64,000 bases of DNA, from NCBI GenBank assembly GCA_032718475.1, contig JAUCBJ010003548.1:1-64000 (forward strand), written 5' to 3'. This DNA comes from Nemertoderma westbladi (lineage: Eukaryota > Animalia > Xenacoelomorpha). The notes under the pieces are model-generated. The model was given only the letters and a program-made list of their open reading frames with translations, had not been told where the DNA came from and searched no databases. Shown piece by piece: positions 1 to 11,930 of this stretch. The stretch's first letter is position 1. The number at the start of each line of letters is the position of its first letter. A program made the translations under genes and the position numbers.

Positions 1-778
1 TTTTATTTTATAAGATACGGACGGTAGCTGTTTCGTTTGACGTAATTATTTTCGCATCATTTATATTTTATTTTAAACCTTGTGCCATACATAATATGAG
101 TCGCATTGTATTTTCTTACAGATTTAACCCTTTAAATCTTTAATTCACTACCACTTAGTATTTTTATCATCATGTTATATGCGTTCCAGTATTTGTGAAA
201 TTGTGTGCCTTACCTACCACACATTTTAATTCTGTAAATAATATTACTGGTACAACATTTTTATCTTTATTTGTGCATTGTGATACAAATTTCTGTCGCT
301 ATGATGGCCGTGCCGTGACGTGCCATATGGTGCCCCGCAACCGAATAATAAATATAAATATAACTATAACTATAAGCATAAGCAATAAATGAAAGTCAAT
401 AAAACGGGTTAATTTAAGATTTTTGAGTAGTCAACTATTATTTGCCCCGAATTTCCACTTAGTGCCCCCCCCCCCTCCCCTCTCGCCATTATTTTTTAAA
501 AAGACGTCATTATAACGAATAAAAATTGTGATTGGATAATAACTTAAGCTTATCTACATTTAGCCTATCAGAGAGCAGCTGTCATACCTATTCATATCAA
601 TGATTGTCATGGTCCAGTAGTCTATAAACTATAAGAACTACTTAACTTAAGCAATACCAGAATACTGCCTGACTGCGCTGTCGCTGTACCGGTTCGTTGC
701 ACGATTCACTACATTATTTCTGTTATTTATTATTGTATAACAACTTGAAAATAACGAATCAACATATTCCGACTCATC

Positions 779-1126
779 ATGGCCGAAGTTGATCCTCGAA
801 TAAAACAGCTAAAAATTAAAACGAATGTAGTGAAACGAATCGCCAAGGAGAAGTTTATGTACGAGAAAGAAGCGGAGCAATTCGAAGAGAAACTCGAGAA
901 GATGAAGGCGGATAAGCGGGATGAGCACGAACTACGTAAACAAGCGGAGTGTGTGGAGGAGTCCAAGGCGATGGTACCTGATTGTATGAGTAGGTTGAGG
1001 AAGGCCTACAAGGATCTCGATGAATCGTTACAGGAGTTGTTAGGTGAAGGAGAATTAAAAGATAACGAAGATGTTCAAGCAGCAACCACTGTACTCAGTG
1101 ACAATAAACATCTCATTTCTGCATAA
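779..1126 (+). CDS. TBCA: Tubulin-specific chaperone A (115 aa, intronless CDS)
   Basis: DPRIKQLKIKTNVVKRIAKEK..YEKEAEQ..KMK..LRKQ..EES..MVPDC..RL matches the tubulin cofactor A family; full length, ATG to TAA. Confidence 0.95.
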   Translation: MAEVDPRIKQLKIKTNVVKRIAKEKFMYEKEAEQFEEKLEKMKADKRDEHELRKQAECVEESKAMVPDCMSRLRKAYKDLDESLQELLGEGELKDNEDVQAATTVLSDNKHLISA

Positions 1127-2433
1127 AGGAATACTGGCAACTGTGACAAGTACTGAAGTAGGCCTACTGAAATTATTTTTTCGACACTTATTTCTTTGTA
1201 TTACTCTCATCTCACGTAATTAGTTAGGTCTCTAGGCGTAGGCAGGCACTAGGTACACCCGAGTCGGAGTCTCTCCCAAGTCTTACTGTACCGAGACCGG
1301 CAAGCGGAAACTTAATTACAATCCCGGGACCGCGGCAAGCGGAAACTTAATTACAATCGGTTACGTACCATTACTAAAGGCATTACACAGCAACATTGGG
1401 TTAATATTCAGGTATTATTTGTGAACTTTATTTCGGGAATATATTATTTTGTTGATTTTGACAGATAAAACTCTAAAATGTATAAAACTCCTCCGGCCCC
1501 GGCCTACTATAAATAATATGTTGGGTTTTCTATATGATTTTGGTGCCGGTTATTATAACATGTTCCTTCACCTTACTGTGTAGGCCCTATTATATAATAT
1601 ATTGGAGAAATTGACACACCTAATAACACACCAGGGAACTATAATTCACCACCAGTACTTAGTCAAAGTCAAGGAGGGTAATCTGTAGGTCTACAGTTTA
1701 TTTAACTGATCGGTTACTTTAATACGTTACATTGGTAAAAAAATAATAATTGTATAGGCAAAGGTTTTCTTTATGTAGGTTTCATAATTTCATATGGACA
1801 AACATTTATACACCGGCTCAACATTCTGGTACTCACATTCGCTTTACTGCAATAAATTGTTTGCTATTGCCATTTTTGTATTGTAATCCCTACACGTTTT
1901 GTTACTACTAGACACTTAGCAGACTAGGGTATAAATTTTACGAATTATTTCCATGCGTGCCGTTTCCGTTTTGAAATGTGTGCTAATTTAGTGTTTCAAT
2001 TGTCATTATTTTTTAATAATAAATATTATCAACATCTATTATACTGACTTGAATAGTTGTTAATGAAAATGAATTATGTTCTATTTAATGGACTAAAAAA
2101 TAATAATTGATGAATTTATCTTTAATAGACTAATAAATAAATAATCATTCTAATATAATAATACACCAGTGGCAATGGGACCCTTCCAGGCTTCCCGAAT
2201 CTCCATAGTTGTTGCAATTTCGTTTCTCCCAAGTTCAGTATCCCTTTCAAGTTGCTTTATTGTATTAGTTGAGTTAGTAGTCGCTTTCTGTTTTTTTTAT
2301 AACTTCAAATAACAAAATAATATAAAATATAATAAATTATCAAAAATTATACACAAGTGTCCTAATGCAGATCTAATGCAATGCAATAACCGAATAATTA
2401 AATAAATAAATAAATATTTGTATGAAGGGAGAG

Positions 2434-3363
2434 TCACGTTGTTACGGGCAACCACAGACCGTCGGCAGAACAATAATATCGGCGGGGTTGTCCGTCTCTA
2501 AATAGCGACTTGAGCGGTTCAGGATGGTTGAAAATTAAATTCAGAGCCACCCGAGTTCGAGACACGAACTCATCCGACTCAACTTCTGGCGACGTCGACA
2601 GATTAGCGAGGATGACGTCATCGGGAGCCACGGCCCAGAACCGCGCCGCCGGGAAGGGGTCGTAATGGAACGGGCCCACCGCTAGATGGCGTTGCATCCG
2701 GTCGTACACGTCCAACATGCGGCGGGACCCGGTGTAGACACGCGCTGATCGCAGCGCGTGGTCCGGGATGAGATGGGCGGGGTAGGGTTGTCTCGTTGCA
2801 CTCACCTCGCCTGTAGCAACTGAGATACACAGACCTGTTGCTATGGGTCGACACACACCCCGTACAACGCGACTGTTTAGGTTGTTAACACAAGCTGTTC
2901 GGAGTCTAACAGGAGCCGACTGTTTGTTCACCGCCATCAGCAGTTCGGCTGTCAATTTATTTTGTTTTTTACCTGTAAACCCCCCAACTATATGGAGTTG
3001 TAATACTTGCAAAGCAGTAGCGCCGCACGCCGTCAGACTGTCCAACATTCTCCGGACGCCATCTTCCACGCCACATCCATCGAAGTGGCCTAGAGATACG
3101 CCGACATCGGCAGCGTGTAGCGCCACTATGTGGCATGTTGTGGCTTCGTCGGCGAGTAAATGTCGCACCGTTGTGTCACCAGTAGGTACAGTACCGAGCT
3201 CCCGTTGGCCGACGTACAGTACCGGTACATGGGATTGGGTGGTGGACTCATCTACGGTGTCCGTGAGACGTCTAGCGGAGGAGAGCAGGTAAGGAATGTT
3301 TACGTCGCCGTTGAATGTAGCGAGGAAACTGTCCACATTGACGCCGTCAATAAGCAAAGGCAT
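2434..3363 (-). CDS. NTAN1: Protein N-terminal asparagine amidohydrolase (309 aa, intronless CDS)
   Basis: MPLL start, LYVGQRE, ADEATTCHIV (catalytic Cys region), HFDG, LHIVGGF and LSTSPEVE match NTAN1; length as expected. Confidence 0.92.
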   Translation of the reverse strand: MPLLIDGVNVDSFLATFNGDVNIPYLLSSARRLTDTVDESTTQSHVPVLYVGQRELGTVPTGDTTVRHLLADEATTCHIVALHAADVGVSLGHFDGCGVEDGVRRMLDSLTACGATALQVLQLHIVGGFTGKKQNKLTAELLMAVNKQSAPVRLRTACVNNLNSRVVRGVCRPIATGLCISVATGEVSATRQPYPAHLIPDHALRSARVYTGSRRMLDVYDRMQRHLAVGPFHYDPFPAARFWAVAPDDVILANLSTSPEVESDEFVSRTRVALNLIFNHPEPLKSLFRDGQPRRYYCSADGLWLPVTT

Positions 3364-4281
3364 GGGCTGCGATGTGTGTTTGATGATTTTTCCAAAAATA
3401 TTGTTTGCACAAATACCGGGAAGATCTCCAACTAAAGGAGCATTTTAACTTAAAGAAGAACAGTAGGTACAGTATCTGAATCTCTTGTTTATACCAAAGC
3501 AAAAAAAATGCCACAGCGAATCCGATGGAATTTTCCCAAAGGGGGGGGGGGGGGGGGGGGGGGATTTTACATTTTATAGTCCTACAATATTCCTAATTCT
3601 CATTTATTGTTTTGGTTCCTTTCTACCTGCCTTTGTATCCTTCTTCTTTACTAACTTGCCTACAGCTATAAGTACCGGTAGGTGTAGGTGTGTAGTGTTA
3701 GTGCAGGCTTAGTTGTAGGTATCCTTTACCCCCCAATTGAACTATCATACTGATCATATCGGTTGTTAGCACCGCATTCGATATGTAATGTTTCAATAAT
3801 CTACTATGAATGCAAAGTGTTATCCGAATGATAGCAAGCCAATCTGCCAGTATACATAATACATACAGTCTTTCAGTCTGAACTTGCCCGGCTTTAGTAG
3901 CCTGCATTTGTAAAATGTGTGAACGTTTGTTTATTGTTTTGGTTCTATCCACAAACTGTTCCTTTACTACGCTGCATAGCATAATATCGTAAGACGTGTT
4001 AACATTCGTATTTTATTTCTGATTGATTTTGAGGCATAGGCCTATCTGCAGAATCGCAAACTGTGCAGCCTTGGTGTACCAGCGAGTAATTTTACAGTTG
4101 TGTACCGGTAATTTGTTTAGATCAACAGTTCAGTCTCCTTACCTTCTCGCGGTGTCTTTGATATTATACTACCCTCCTTTACTGGTAATGGTACCAATAT
4201 TCTACTTCAACACATCGACACGAGCTTAACATGACAGTATCGTTTATGGCGATATTTTATGGATAAAATTATCAATGGAAT

Positions 4282-4794
4282 ATGGATAAGTTCACGATTA
4301 TAGCTGGTCTTATATTTATAGGCGCCATGGTGCTGTGTATGACAAGCTTGGTACAACCGGATTGGGTAACAGTAGAATATCTGCCAACCCGATCACCTCG
4401 CAGACTCGGACTCCTCATACAGTGCGACCAGCTCGGTACCGGTACCGAACTGTGTAACACCCCGTCTCTGTCCCCCGAGTGGTTACTGACTCTGATACTA
4501 ATACTCCTCGGTCTGTGTAACCTCCTCGCCTCTGTGATTCTCCTCGGACTCGCGTTTTGGCGAGAGAACCTCGCTAGCTACGCCCGTTGGGCCGCATTCT
4601 TTGCGCTCATCCTGTTCTGCGCCTCGGCTGTTATCTTTCCCAGCGGTTTCTATATAAACGAGATTGGCGGGGCGTCGTTTAAACTCCCCGGTAACTGTAA
4701 GGTTGGTTCCTCCTATATGCTGTTTATATTGGCTATATTGTGCACAATAATAGCGGAGTTGTTTGCAGGGAGAGTTTGCTTCCCGATGTGTTAG
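4282..4794 (+). CDS. MOSMO: Modulator of smoothened (MOSMO/C16orf52), four-TM protein, 170 aa, intronless CDS
   Basis: MDKFTII, PDW, PEW, YARW.AF, IFP.GFYINEIGG..KLP, VGSSY.LF, FAGRVC closely follow vertebrate MOSMO as recalled. Confidence 0.93.
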   Translation: MDKFTIIAGLIFIGAMVLCMTSLVQPDWVTVEYLPTRSPRRLGLLIQCDQLGTGTELCNTPSLSPEWLLTLILILLGLCNLLASVILLGLAFWRENLASYARWAAFFALILFCASAVIFPSGFYINEIGGASFKLPGNCKVGSSYMLFILAILCTIIAELFAGRVCFPMC

Positions 4795-5740
4795 CGAAGC
4801 GCCCTCAATAAAAAAAAACCCAAGTTGAGCGAAAGCGCCGAAACCCTCAGGCGTCAGGCCCCCGAGTTGGAGCTACAGGAATACGAATAAGTTATGGAAA
4901 GATCTGGATAAATAAATTAATGTAACAATCCTGGAGCTAGTCCTTCTCCTTTCTATCTGCGACTGTTTTACGCCAATAATTATCGATGTTTTTTTGATCA
5001 ATCTTTTCTACATACTTTTTGTTACCTTTTTTCCGATCTAGAGTCAGTAATTAATCCGTTAACGTGCAGTGGCTTGCGATTTTATTATATTTAAGAATAA
5101 TTTAGTCGAGTGATTTAGTGGTAAATTATTCCACCCCGACCTCAAATTACTATTATAGCTCGTCGGTAATTAATTCACCAATTTAGGCACTACAGATTGA
5201 CTCTACATTTTCCTTAGTTCTATTCGGTTAGTACCGCGCTGTAGGAGATTGACCAACTGTTTCTAACTCTATGGGTTTACTTAGATTGCTATTCCCATCT
5301 ATATTACACTAGGTTGTGACTATAAAACAAACACTAATTTAGTTGGAAGAATTTGATGTCATAGTAAATTTGGCTATTAAACTTCATAAAAAAACTCGCA
5401 AATAATTAAACAAGGAAAACCTGTTTAGCAAAGGTGCACAACAAAATGGTTTTAAATGTTACTGAAGCTATTTGTTTGTCGTTATATTTAATATTATTAG
5501 TTAATGTATCTCTATATATACTATACCTGTACAATAATGACACAATTTATATTTTTATATCGTTGATTGTAATTATTGTTACATTATGTATCCGTTAGTT
5601 GTGTTGCTGGATATCATAGGCGAATATTTGATAAATATTTGTTGATTTAAAGGATAATGAAACAATTTCAGAAGGAATTTTATTTAACAAATTATAAACT
5701 GAAAAAAGTATCATCCATCATTACTCAGAATTATTTATGT

Positions 5741-6037
5741 TTAACTTTTATTGCGCCCATGTGAAGAATACCAGGATTTCACTTTTCGGTCGACTTTTTA
5801 TTGGAATTTTATTTGTGAAGATTTTTTTAAATTTATCTTTATTAAGTATTTTATAACGCTTATTTCTGTCTCATAACCTGTACATGTACTAATTCGTTTA
5901 TTGTTTTGGTTAGATTCAGCCCTTCTGTAACCTGTGTTTTTGGTGAAAACCTGGTATTCTTCACATGGGGGTAACTGCAAAGTGAAATATAACGGCAGAA
6001 AGTCTGGTATTCTTCACATGGGCCTTTATTGGGTTAA
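5741..6037. mobile_element. MITE, possibly piggyBac-like
   Basis: Inverted repeat GCCCATGTGAAGAATACCAG (5755-5774) / CTGGTATTCTTCACATGGGC (6004-6023), an extra internal copy near 5951, and TTAA at both outer ends. Confidence 0.5.
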
Positions 6038-6118
6038 AATAAAACTTAGAAGGTTATAAGTAATTGGGGAGGGGGGTTGGGGTTAGGTTAAGTTAGTATA
6101 ATATGTTAATAATCTAAC

Positions 6119-6354
6119 CGGCGTCTTATCAACTGATCTCCAGATATAGTTGTTGGTTAAATCCGTCCAATAAGTTTCTTTGCGGCTGATTTCCGTGGCA
6201 ACGGAACTAACCAATCCCTGACCAGCGATGAGGACATCGGGGGGTAGATAAACGCTTTTACTGGTGACGATGTCGTTACTATTGGTAAACAATACTACGG
6301 GTTCTACATCGGAATCGGCGTGACAGGATCTGTTGTTGGGGCTTAAAACGTATC
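6119..6354 (-). CDS. LRP2: LRP2/megalin-like exon 20 of window (end of EGF, start of YWTD propeller); gene continues past the left edge
   Basis: AG|GA TAC..GYVLSPNNRSC..TYWTDL..KTP|GTTAGA; phase matches previous exon; no stop codon. Confidence 0.85.
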
Positions 6355-6689
6355 CTAAAGAAAATAATGAATTTGTGTTTGAATGCAATAAAGTTGGAAA
6401 CAATAAGTTTAGTTATAGTACTTCACTAACTAACTGGTTCAGTTTCACATTCAAAATCATTTCAGTAAGACAGACCGGTTCTAAATGTATTTACGCAAGT
6501 TATATTCGGCAAGTTGGCCGAAGATTACGCGCAATGTGCGGTCCCCACAGAACTATACTCCCCAGACGAAAGTGGTACTCATTTAGCTACAAATTGAACC
6601 ACTACTCCAAGGTTAAATTAACATAACATGCCAGGTCTTATGATTTTTTGACGTATTAAATTATTAAAATGTTTGTACAACAAACTTAC

Positions 6690-6899
6690 CGGCATCGCAG
6701 CTGCAGACGAACCAACCCAAGTCGTTCTCGCAGTGCTGACTGCAGGTAGACCAGTCCTCGTCGCATTCGTCTACGTCCTCGCACTCATTGCCTGTCGGAC
6801 CGGCAGTCCGGTAACCTTGGAGACAGCTGCACACCGACCCAGTCGGGGTGTCTGTGCAGATCTGATCGCAACCACCGTTACCTTCCGAACATTTATAAC
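6690..6899 (-). CDS. LRP2: LRP2-like exon 19 (EGF plus calcium-binding EGF)
   Basis: YKCSEGNGGCDQICTDTPTGSVCSC..CEDVDEC..CSQHCEN..FVCSCDA|GTAAGT. Confidence 0.88.
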
Positions 6900-7284
6900 C
6901 TGCGGGTAAAAAAAAGGGAAATAATTGATAAAATAGGTAATAATTGTAATTTATTAATCAATATTTCCAACATTGAGTCATTGTTATCTTGAGTCAACAT
7001 GGTATATTCCTACTAATTGCTAAACCTACTTTATACAATGTATAAAGTAGGCGGATAAATTGCAATTTATCCCGTTCGCGTATTCCCAATCCTTACACTC
7101 ACACTAAACTAGGAACACCTTGAATTGTCGACACCTGGGATAGGTTCAAGTACAACAGTTTGATTGGATACCCATACGGTTCTGTTTCAACTTTTCGACT
7201 CATTTCAACCTTAATAAACTTTATTTATATATTTTCATAGCATACGTAATAGTTTCGTTAATAATAAACCAATGCGAAACTTAC

Positions 7285-7439
7285 CGCACGATGGCGCTTC
7301 ATCCTCGCCATCCTCGCAATGGTTGAACTCTCCGTCGCAGACCTGGTACAAAGGGATGCATTGCTTGGCTCCGCTCCGGCACTGCCAACTGGTGTCGTTG
7401 CACGCCGCGGCGTCACACAATATAGGGGATTCATCCGAG
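7285..7439 (-). CDS. LRP2: LRP2-like exon 18 (LDLa)
   Basis: SDESPILC..WQCRSGAKQCIPLYQVCDG..CEDGEDE..C|GTAAGT; phase-2 junction with exon 17. Confidence 0.88.
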
Positions 7440-7443
7440 CTGT

Positions 7444-7803
7444 AAACCAATGGGAAGGCTAGTTTTCGAAACAGTTACATTGGATAGCAAATAAACAAAC
7501 CAATGGGAAGGAAGGCTATAAACAGTTACATTTGGGAGAGCAAATAAACAAACCAATGGGGAGGTTGGAAACAGTTACATTGTAGAGCAAATAAACAAAC
7601 CAATGGGAAGGTTGGAAATAGTTACATTGTAGAGCAAATAAACAAACCAATGGGAAGGTTGGAAATAGTTACATTGTAGAGCAAATAAACAAACCAATGG
7701 GAAGGTTGGAAATAGTTACATAGTAGAGCAAATAAACAAACCAATGGGAAGGTTGGAAATAGTTACATTGTAGAGCAAATAAACAAACCAATGGGAAGGC
7801 TAG
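7444..7803. repeat. About 47-bp minisatellite (roughly 7-8 copies) abutting a splice acceptor
   Basis: Unit AAACCAATGGGAAGGTTGGAAATAGTTACATTGTAGAGCAAATAAAC; ends directly at the minus-strand acceptor at 7440-7441. Confidence 0.9.
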
Positions 7804-7853
7804 AACAGTTGGTAACTTGGGGTACTATGTGGATATTCCAGATAGGGCGGGAA

Positions 7854-8065
7854 ACTGGACGCAATAAAAATTCATCCCTTTCCAGGGAAAATTCGACGCA
7901 AATAACAGCTGATTACTCTCAAAAATAAAACTGTAACCTGTTCTATTGTGTTTAGTTTATTGTTTTGGTTCAAATAACATGCCACTGTAACCTGCTCCTT
8001 CCCGTAATTGAGAATTTAACATTGAGGCGGGATATTAATTCGCCAAGGCGGGTTTTGCGTCCAGT
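7854..8065. mobile_element. Short dispersed MITE-like repeat; diverged second copy at about 51998-52180
   Basis: Terminal inverted repeat ACTGGACGCAA/TTGCGTCCAGT; internal AACAGCTGATTACT..GTTCTATTG..TGTTTTGGTTC..GTAACCTGCTC..AATTTAACATTGAG recurs at 52037-52147. Confidence 0.55.
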
Positions 8066-8158
8066 CCCCCCCCCCCCCCCCCCTGTCGGGGATATTCTTA
8101 CCATGGCAACTGGGGGTACCATATGGGTGTTTACCTTGATTCATACACATTAACTCAC

Positions 8159-8378
8159 TTGTCACCGCAATCATTCCATCCATCACATATCCTATTCTTA
8201 TCGTCGAGACATACCGAGTTGTTGCACGCGAACTGGGAGGGCAGACACTCAACTACCCAGTCGCAACCGGCTTCATCGGAGCCGTCCAGACAGTCTGGGT
8301 GGTGGTCGCACTTCCATGGCAATGGGATGCAGGTACCGGTACCACCGCAGGTAAAGGCTGCGTCCGGATGACATTGAA
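8159..8378 (-). CDS. LRP2: LRP2-like exon 17 (LDLa repeats)
   Basis: QCHPDAAFTC..CIPLPWKCDHHPDCLDGSDE..C..CLPSQFAC..CDGWNDCGD|GTGAGT. Confidence 0.9.
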
Positions 8379-8478
8379 CTGGAGAAAGTTGTAAGTAATT
8401 AAGTAGTTGGAAAAAAGTCATCACAGGCGAACGCTAAATAAACTGAAAGTAAATAAAATAGGAAATAAATGAACCCAC

Positions 8479-8616
8479 CTATTCCAGTTATGGGGCACTC
8501 CAACTCATCTGATCTGTCTCGGCACTGAGGAATTCCATCGCAGACATACCGTGGCTCCAGACATTGGTAGCGATTCGCGCAGGTAAATTTACCTTGGGCG
8601 TGGCAGTCAACTGGTT
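8479..8616 (-). CDS. LRP2: LRP2-like exon 16 (LDLa)
   Basis: PVDCHAQGKFTCANRYQCLEPRYVCDGIPQCRDRSDELECP..|GTGGGT; phase 1 matches the exon ending at 15821. Confidence 0.88.
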
Positions 8617-9442
8617 CTGCAATACAAATAAATTATTACAATTTATTATTTAGTATTGGTGGTTATTGTTTCTAGACTCTTCTCCTTCTCCAGTTCTCTT
8701 AGCGGCGAGGTAAAAACGTATTAAACCGCTCAAATATGAGTTTTATTTATTTTACGCGGGAAATTTGAATAATGTCATTGTCCTAGTTGAATTCGGGTGG
8801 ATCTTCGCACATTGCATAATGTTTCACAATTTGTTTCGTGACTTAAGAACTCAACTTAAAATTATATTGCTAAATATTTATACGTTGGCTGACTGGCTAT
8901 ACGGTGATACCTGTTTTTACCCGGGTGAAAAACATTTTATAAACATTTTATGTCAATAATTGGCTTGGCCGTTATCAGCCAACGTATAGAGCTATCCCTC
9001 TGTCAATAGGAATGTAACTATGTATTCATTATTGGATTCCCTTATGATCAATAGACGCGTTCTTCTTATTCTGTTCCTCAGCCTACTTGAAGTAGTAGGT
9101 CTAACCTACCAATGCAGCCTACTTGAAGTAGTAGGTCTAGCCTACCAATGAGCTCTAACGAGCTCATTGATTTGATTTGATTACCTACAGACCTACCGAT
9201 CAGCCGGTACAGTATGCGACTGCGAATATGGTACGATATCAAAGGTTTTGTATGTTTGTGTAGGCCTACAGCTATAGGCAGATAAGAATCGTAGCTACAC
9301 AACTACACTAGCTGACATGACTATAAAGCAGTAGAGTAGTGTCTGAGTGTAGTAAGGTAGTAGTTAGAACGAACTTGGTAAACTAACTATTTCAGTGACG
9401 ACTGCTGAAGGTAAATAGCTTTTCTGATTAGCAGAAGTCAAA

Positions 9443-11026
9443 ATGTTTAATAATAATTCAGAAGACATTTTAATATGGGCGGTGGTCATCACATTACTAA
9501 AGTTCCTATTCATCCCGGCGTACTACTCAACTGACCTAGAAGTCCATCGGAATTGGATGGCCATCACCCACAAGTTACCACTGAATCAGTGGTACAACGA
9601 CTCCACCTCCCAATGGACTCTCGACTATCCACCTTTATTCGCGTGGTTCGAGCTGTTACTATCGCAACTGGCGGCTCTAATAGACCCGGGAATATTGGCC
9701 TTACAAAGCGAACCGGTTACGAAGCTATCCGTGGTAACTTTCCAGCGAATCAGCGTCATCCTTTCAGACTCGGTGTTTATCTACGCTTCCTACATCTGTA
9801 GTCGTTCTATCGTGGAGTCTTCTGGTCTCCGCGAAAGTAAACGCAGTGGCGGAACTAAGGAACTCGTCACGTTCCTTCTGTTAGTTGGGAACGTGGGTTT
9901 ACTAATAGTAGATCATATCCATTTCCAATACAATGGATTTCTTTTCGGCTTACTGTTACTATCATTAAACTCATTGCTTAGAAACAATATCCTACAAGGT
10001 GCCTTCTGGTTTGCAGTTCTTCTCAACTTCAAACACATATACTTGTACATGGCGCCCGCTTATTTCATCTACATCTTGAGAAACTATTGTTTAGCGGCCA
10101 ACAATAACTGCAATACGTTTTCTGTTAGGAATCTAAGTATCTCTAGGTTAGCTAAGGTTTCCTCTGTGGTTCTGGCGGTATTCGCTTTATCTTTAGGCCC
10201 CTTTATTTACCACGGACAGTTGCACCAACTGTTAACCCGATTATTCCCGTTTAAACGTGGCCTTTGTCACGCCTACTGGGCCCCCAATGTCTGGGCGATA
10301 TACAACGCCATGGATAGGGGTCTAATCGTAGTCTATAACAGACTTGGTCTCCCCATAGAAACCAATGTTACATCAGGCAGTGCAACTAGTGGTTTAGTAC
10401 AAGAACATTACCACACAATATTACCTAACATTACTCCTACATTGCCTATGTTAGCAACCGCAATATTTATGCTCCCAGTTCTCATAAAAGAGTTTTGTTA
10501 TCCTAGCGGTTGCCATGGCTTCATAAAGTCATTAGTCTTTTGTAGTTTCACTTCCTACATGTGGGGTTGGCATGTTCACGAGAAGGCCATACTGATGGTT
10601 GTTATACCCTTTATTCTGCTAATATATACCCATCCCGACCATTCCTGGCTATACTTTATGATTTCCACTGTAGCTCATTATTCCCTATTCCCATTACTTT
10701 TTACCCCCTTTGAGACACCAATCAAACTTTCACTTTTGCTTTCGTACCTGATGTTTTCCTATCATAGTTTATTCAACGTGTCTCGTGAATCCAACCATTG
10801 GATCACTAAGTTAACTTACTTCTTTGAGGTATCCTACTTATTTGGTTTATTTCCTCTGTATATGTATACTGACGTCATACATTTTCGTATCCATGGCGAC
10901 GGCGCACTGCCATTCCTTCCATTGTTACTCACGTCGGTCTACTGTGCTGTTGGATTGTTTTGGTTTTGGGTTAAATTTATGTATTACTCGTTGTTTGACG
11001 GGTCTGTTGTTTCACTAAAAGTTTAA
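9443..11026 (+). CDS. ALG8: Alpha-1,3-glucosyltransferase ALG8 (527 aa, intronless CDS, nested antisense in an LRP2 intron)
   Basis: YYSTDLEVHRNWMAITH, SQWTLDYPP, DHIHFQYNG, LLNFKHIYLY.APA, RLFPFKRGLCHAYWAPN, GWHVHEKAIL. Confidence 0.95.
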   Translation: MFNNNSEDILIWAVVITLLKFLFIPAYYSTDLEVHRNWMAITHKLPLNQWYNDSTSQWTLDYPPLFAWFELLLSQLAALIDPGILALQSEPVTKLSVVTFQRISVILSDSVFIYASYICSRSIVESSGLRESKRSGGTKELVTFLLLVGNVGLLIVDHIHFQYNGFLFGLLLLSLNSLLRNNILQGAFWFAVLLNFKHIYLYMAPAYFIYILRNYCLAANNNCNTFSVRNLSISRLAKVSSVVLAVFALSLGPFIYHGQLHQLLTRLFPFKRGLCHAYWAPNVWAIYNAMDRGLIVVYNRLGLPIETNVTSGSATSGLVQEHYHTILPNITPTLPMLATAIFMLPVLIKEFCYPSGCHGFIKSLVFCSFTSYMWGWHVHEKAILMVVIPFILLIYTHPDHSWLYFMISTVAHYSLFPLLFTPFETPIKLSLLLSYLMFSYHSLFNVSRESNHWITKLTYFFEVSYLFGLFPLYMYTDVIHFRIHGDGALPFLPLLLTSVYCAVGLFWFWVKFMYYSLFDGSVVSLKV

Positions 11027-11930
11027 ACTCCTCAGTAACTTAGGGATACATTGTTTACCTTGATGTGCCTTATTTAGGTAAATGTTTAAAATTATCAATA
11101 ATCAAATAATACATAAATAAATATACGTGAATACTAAATGAATATGTGTTATTTATTTACGTGTCAGGGCTGCACTGCATGCAACCTAACCTCATTTATC
11201 GTTACATGTTGTATAATTTCGATTATTTTCTAAATGTAATTAATTCGAATTCAACCAAGATAGAGCCCTACACCATGGCCTGGAATATTGTGTCTTAATT
11301 AGTTAATTTTGGCACCCAACTTTTTACGTATTGTCGAAGAAATAGAGAAAAATCTGAGATATTGACGGTTAAAAAAAAGCAGGTATTTTCTTCATCTGGT
11401 AGGTAGCATTTATTCGCTTAATAAACAAGAACCTAGAAATATCATTAATTAATCACTCTAATGTAAATAGAATTGTTCCTAATTACACTAACACGTCAAG
11501 TACTTACGCATTAATGTACGAATAGTATACAAATATGTTACAGAATGTTTTTATTTATTTCAATAATATTTTTTTTATTTCAATAACTTCGTTTCAGTTT
11601 TTTTCTACACAAAATTATTCCATAAATATTCGACATACAATGGACGATGCGGTTGTTAAACTTTTTCAATTTCATGCGATATATATTATCATGATCATTT
11701 TTAGAAGAATTAGGATGATGGGGGTGTGGGATGATGCTTTTTGATAATTTCAACACTTTATTCTAGAGTATGGTGTATAGCATACTGTAGTTGTGTGCTA
11801 CAATAAGTAGAAGGTAACTGTTACAACATCAACCATCACCTTCTCTACCTCTGTTAGTATTTCTATATTTATCTAAAACTACTGTTTAATTAAACTGTTA
11901 TAAACTGTTATTTTATCTTTGGGTTTCAAT

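Noticed and set aside
1299-1358. 25-bp direct repeat after TBCA; a similar two-copy duplication at 9078-9149
   Set aside because: Simple local duplications with no sign of function.
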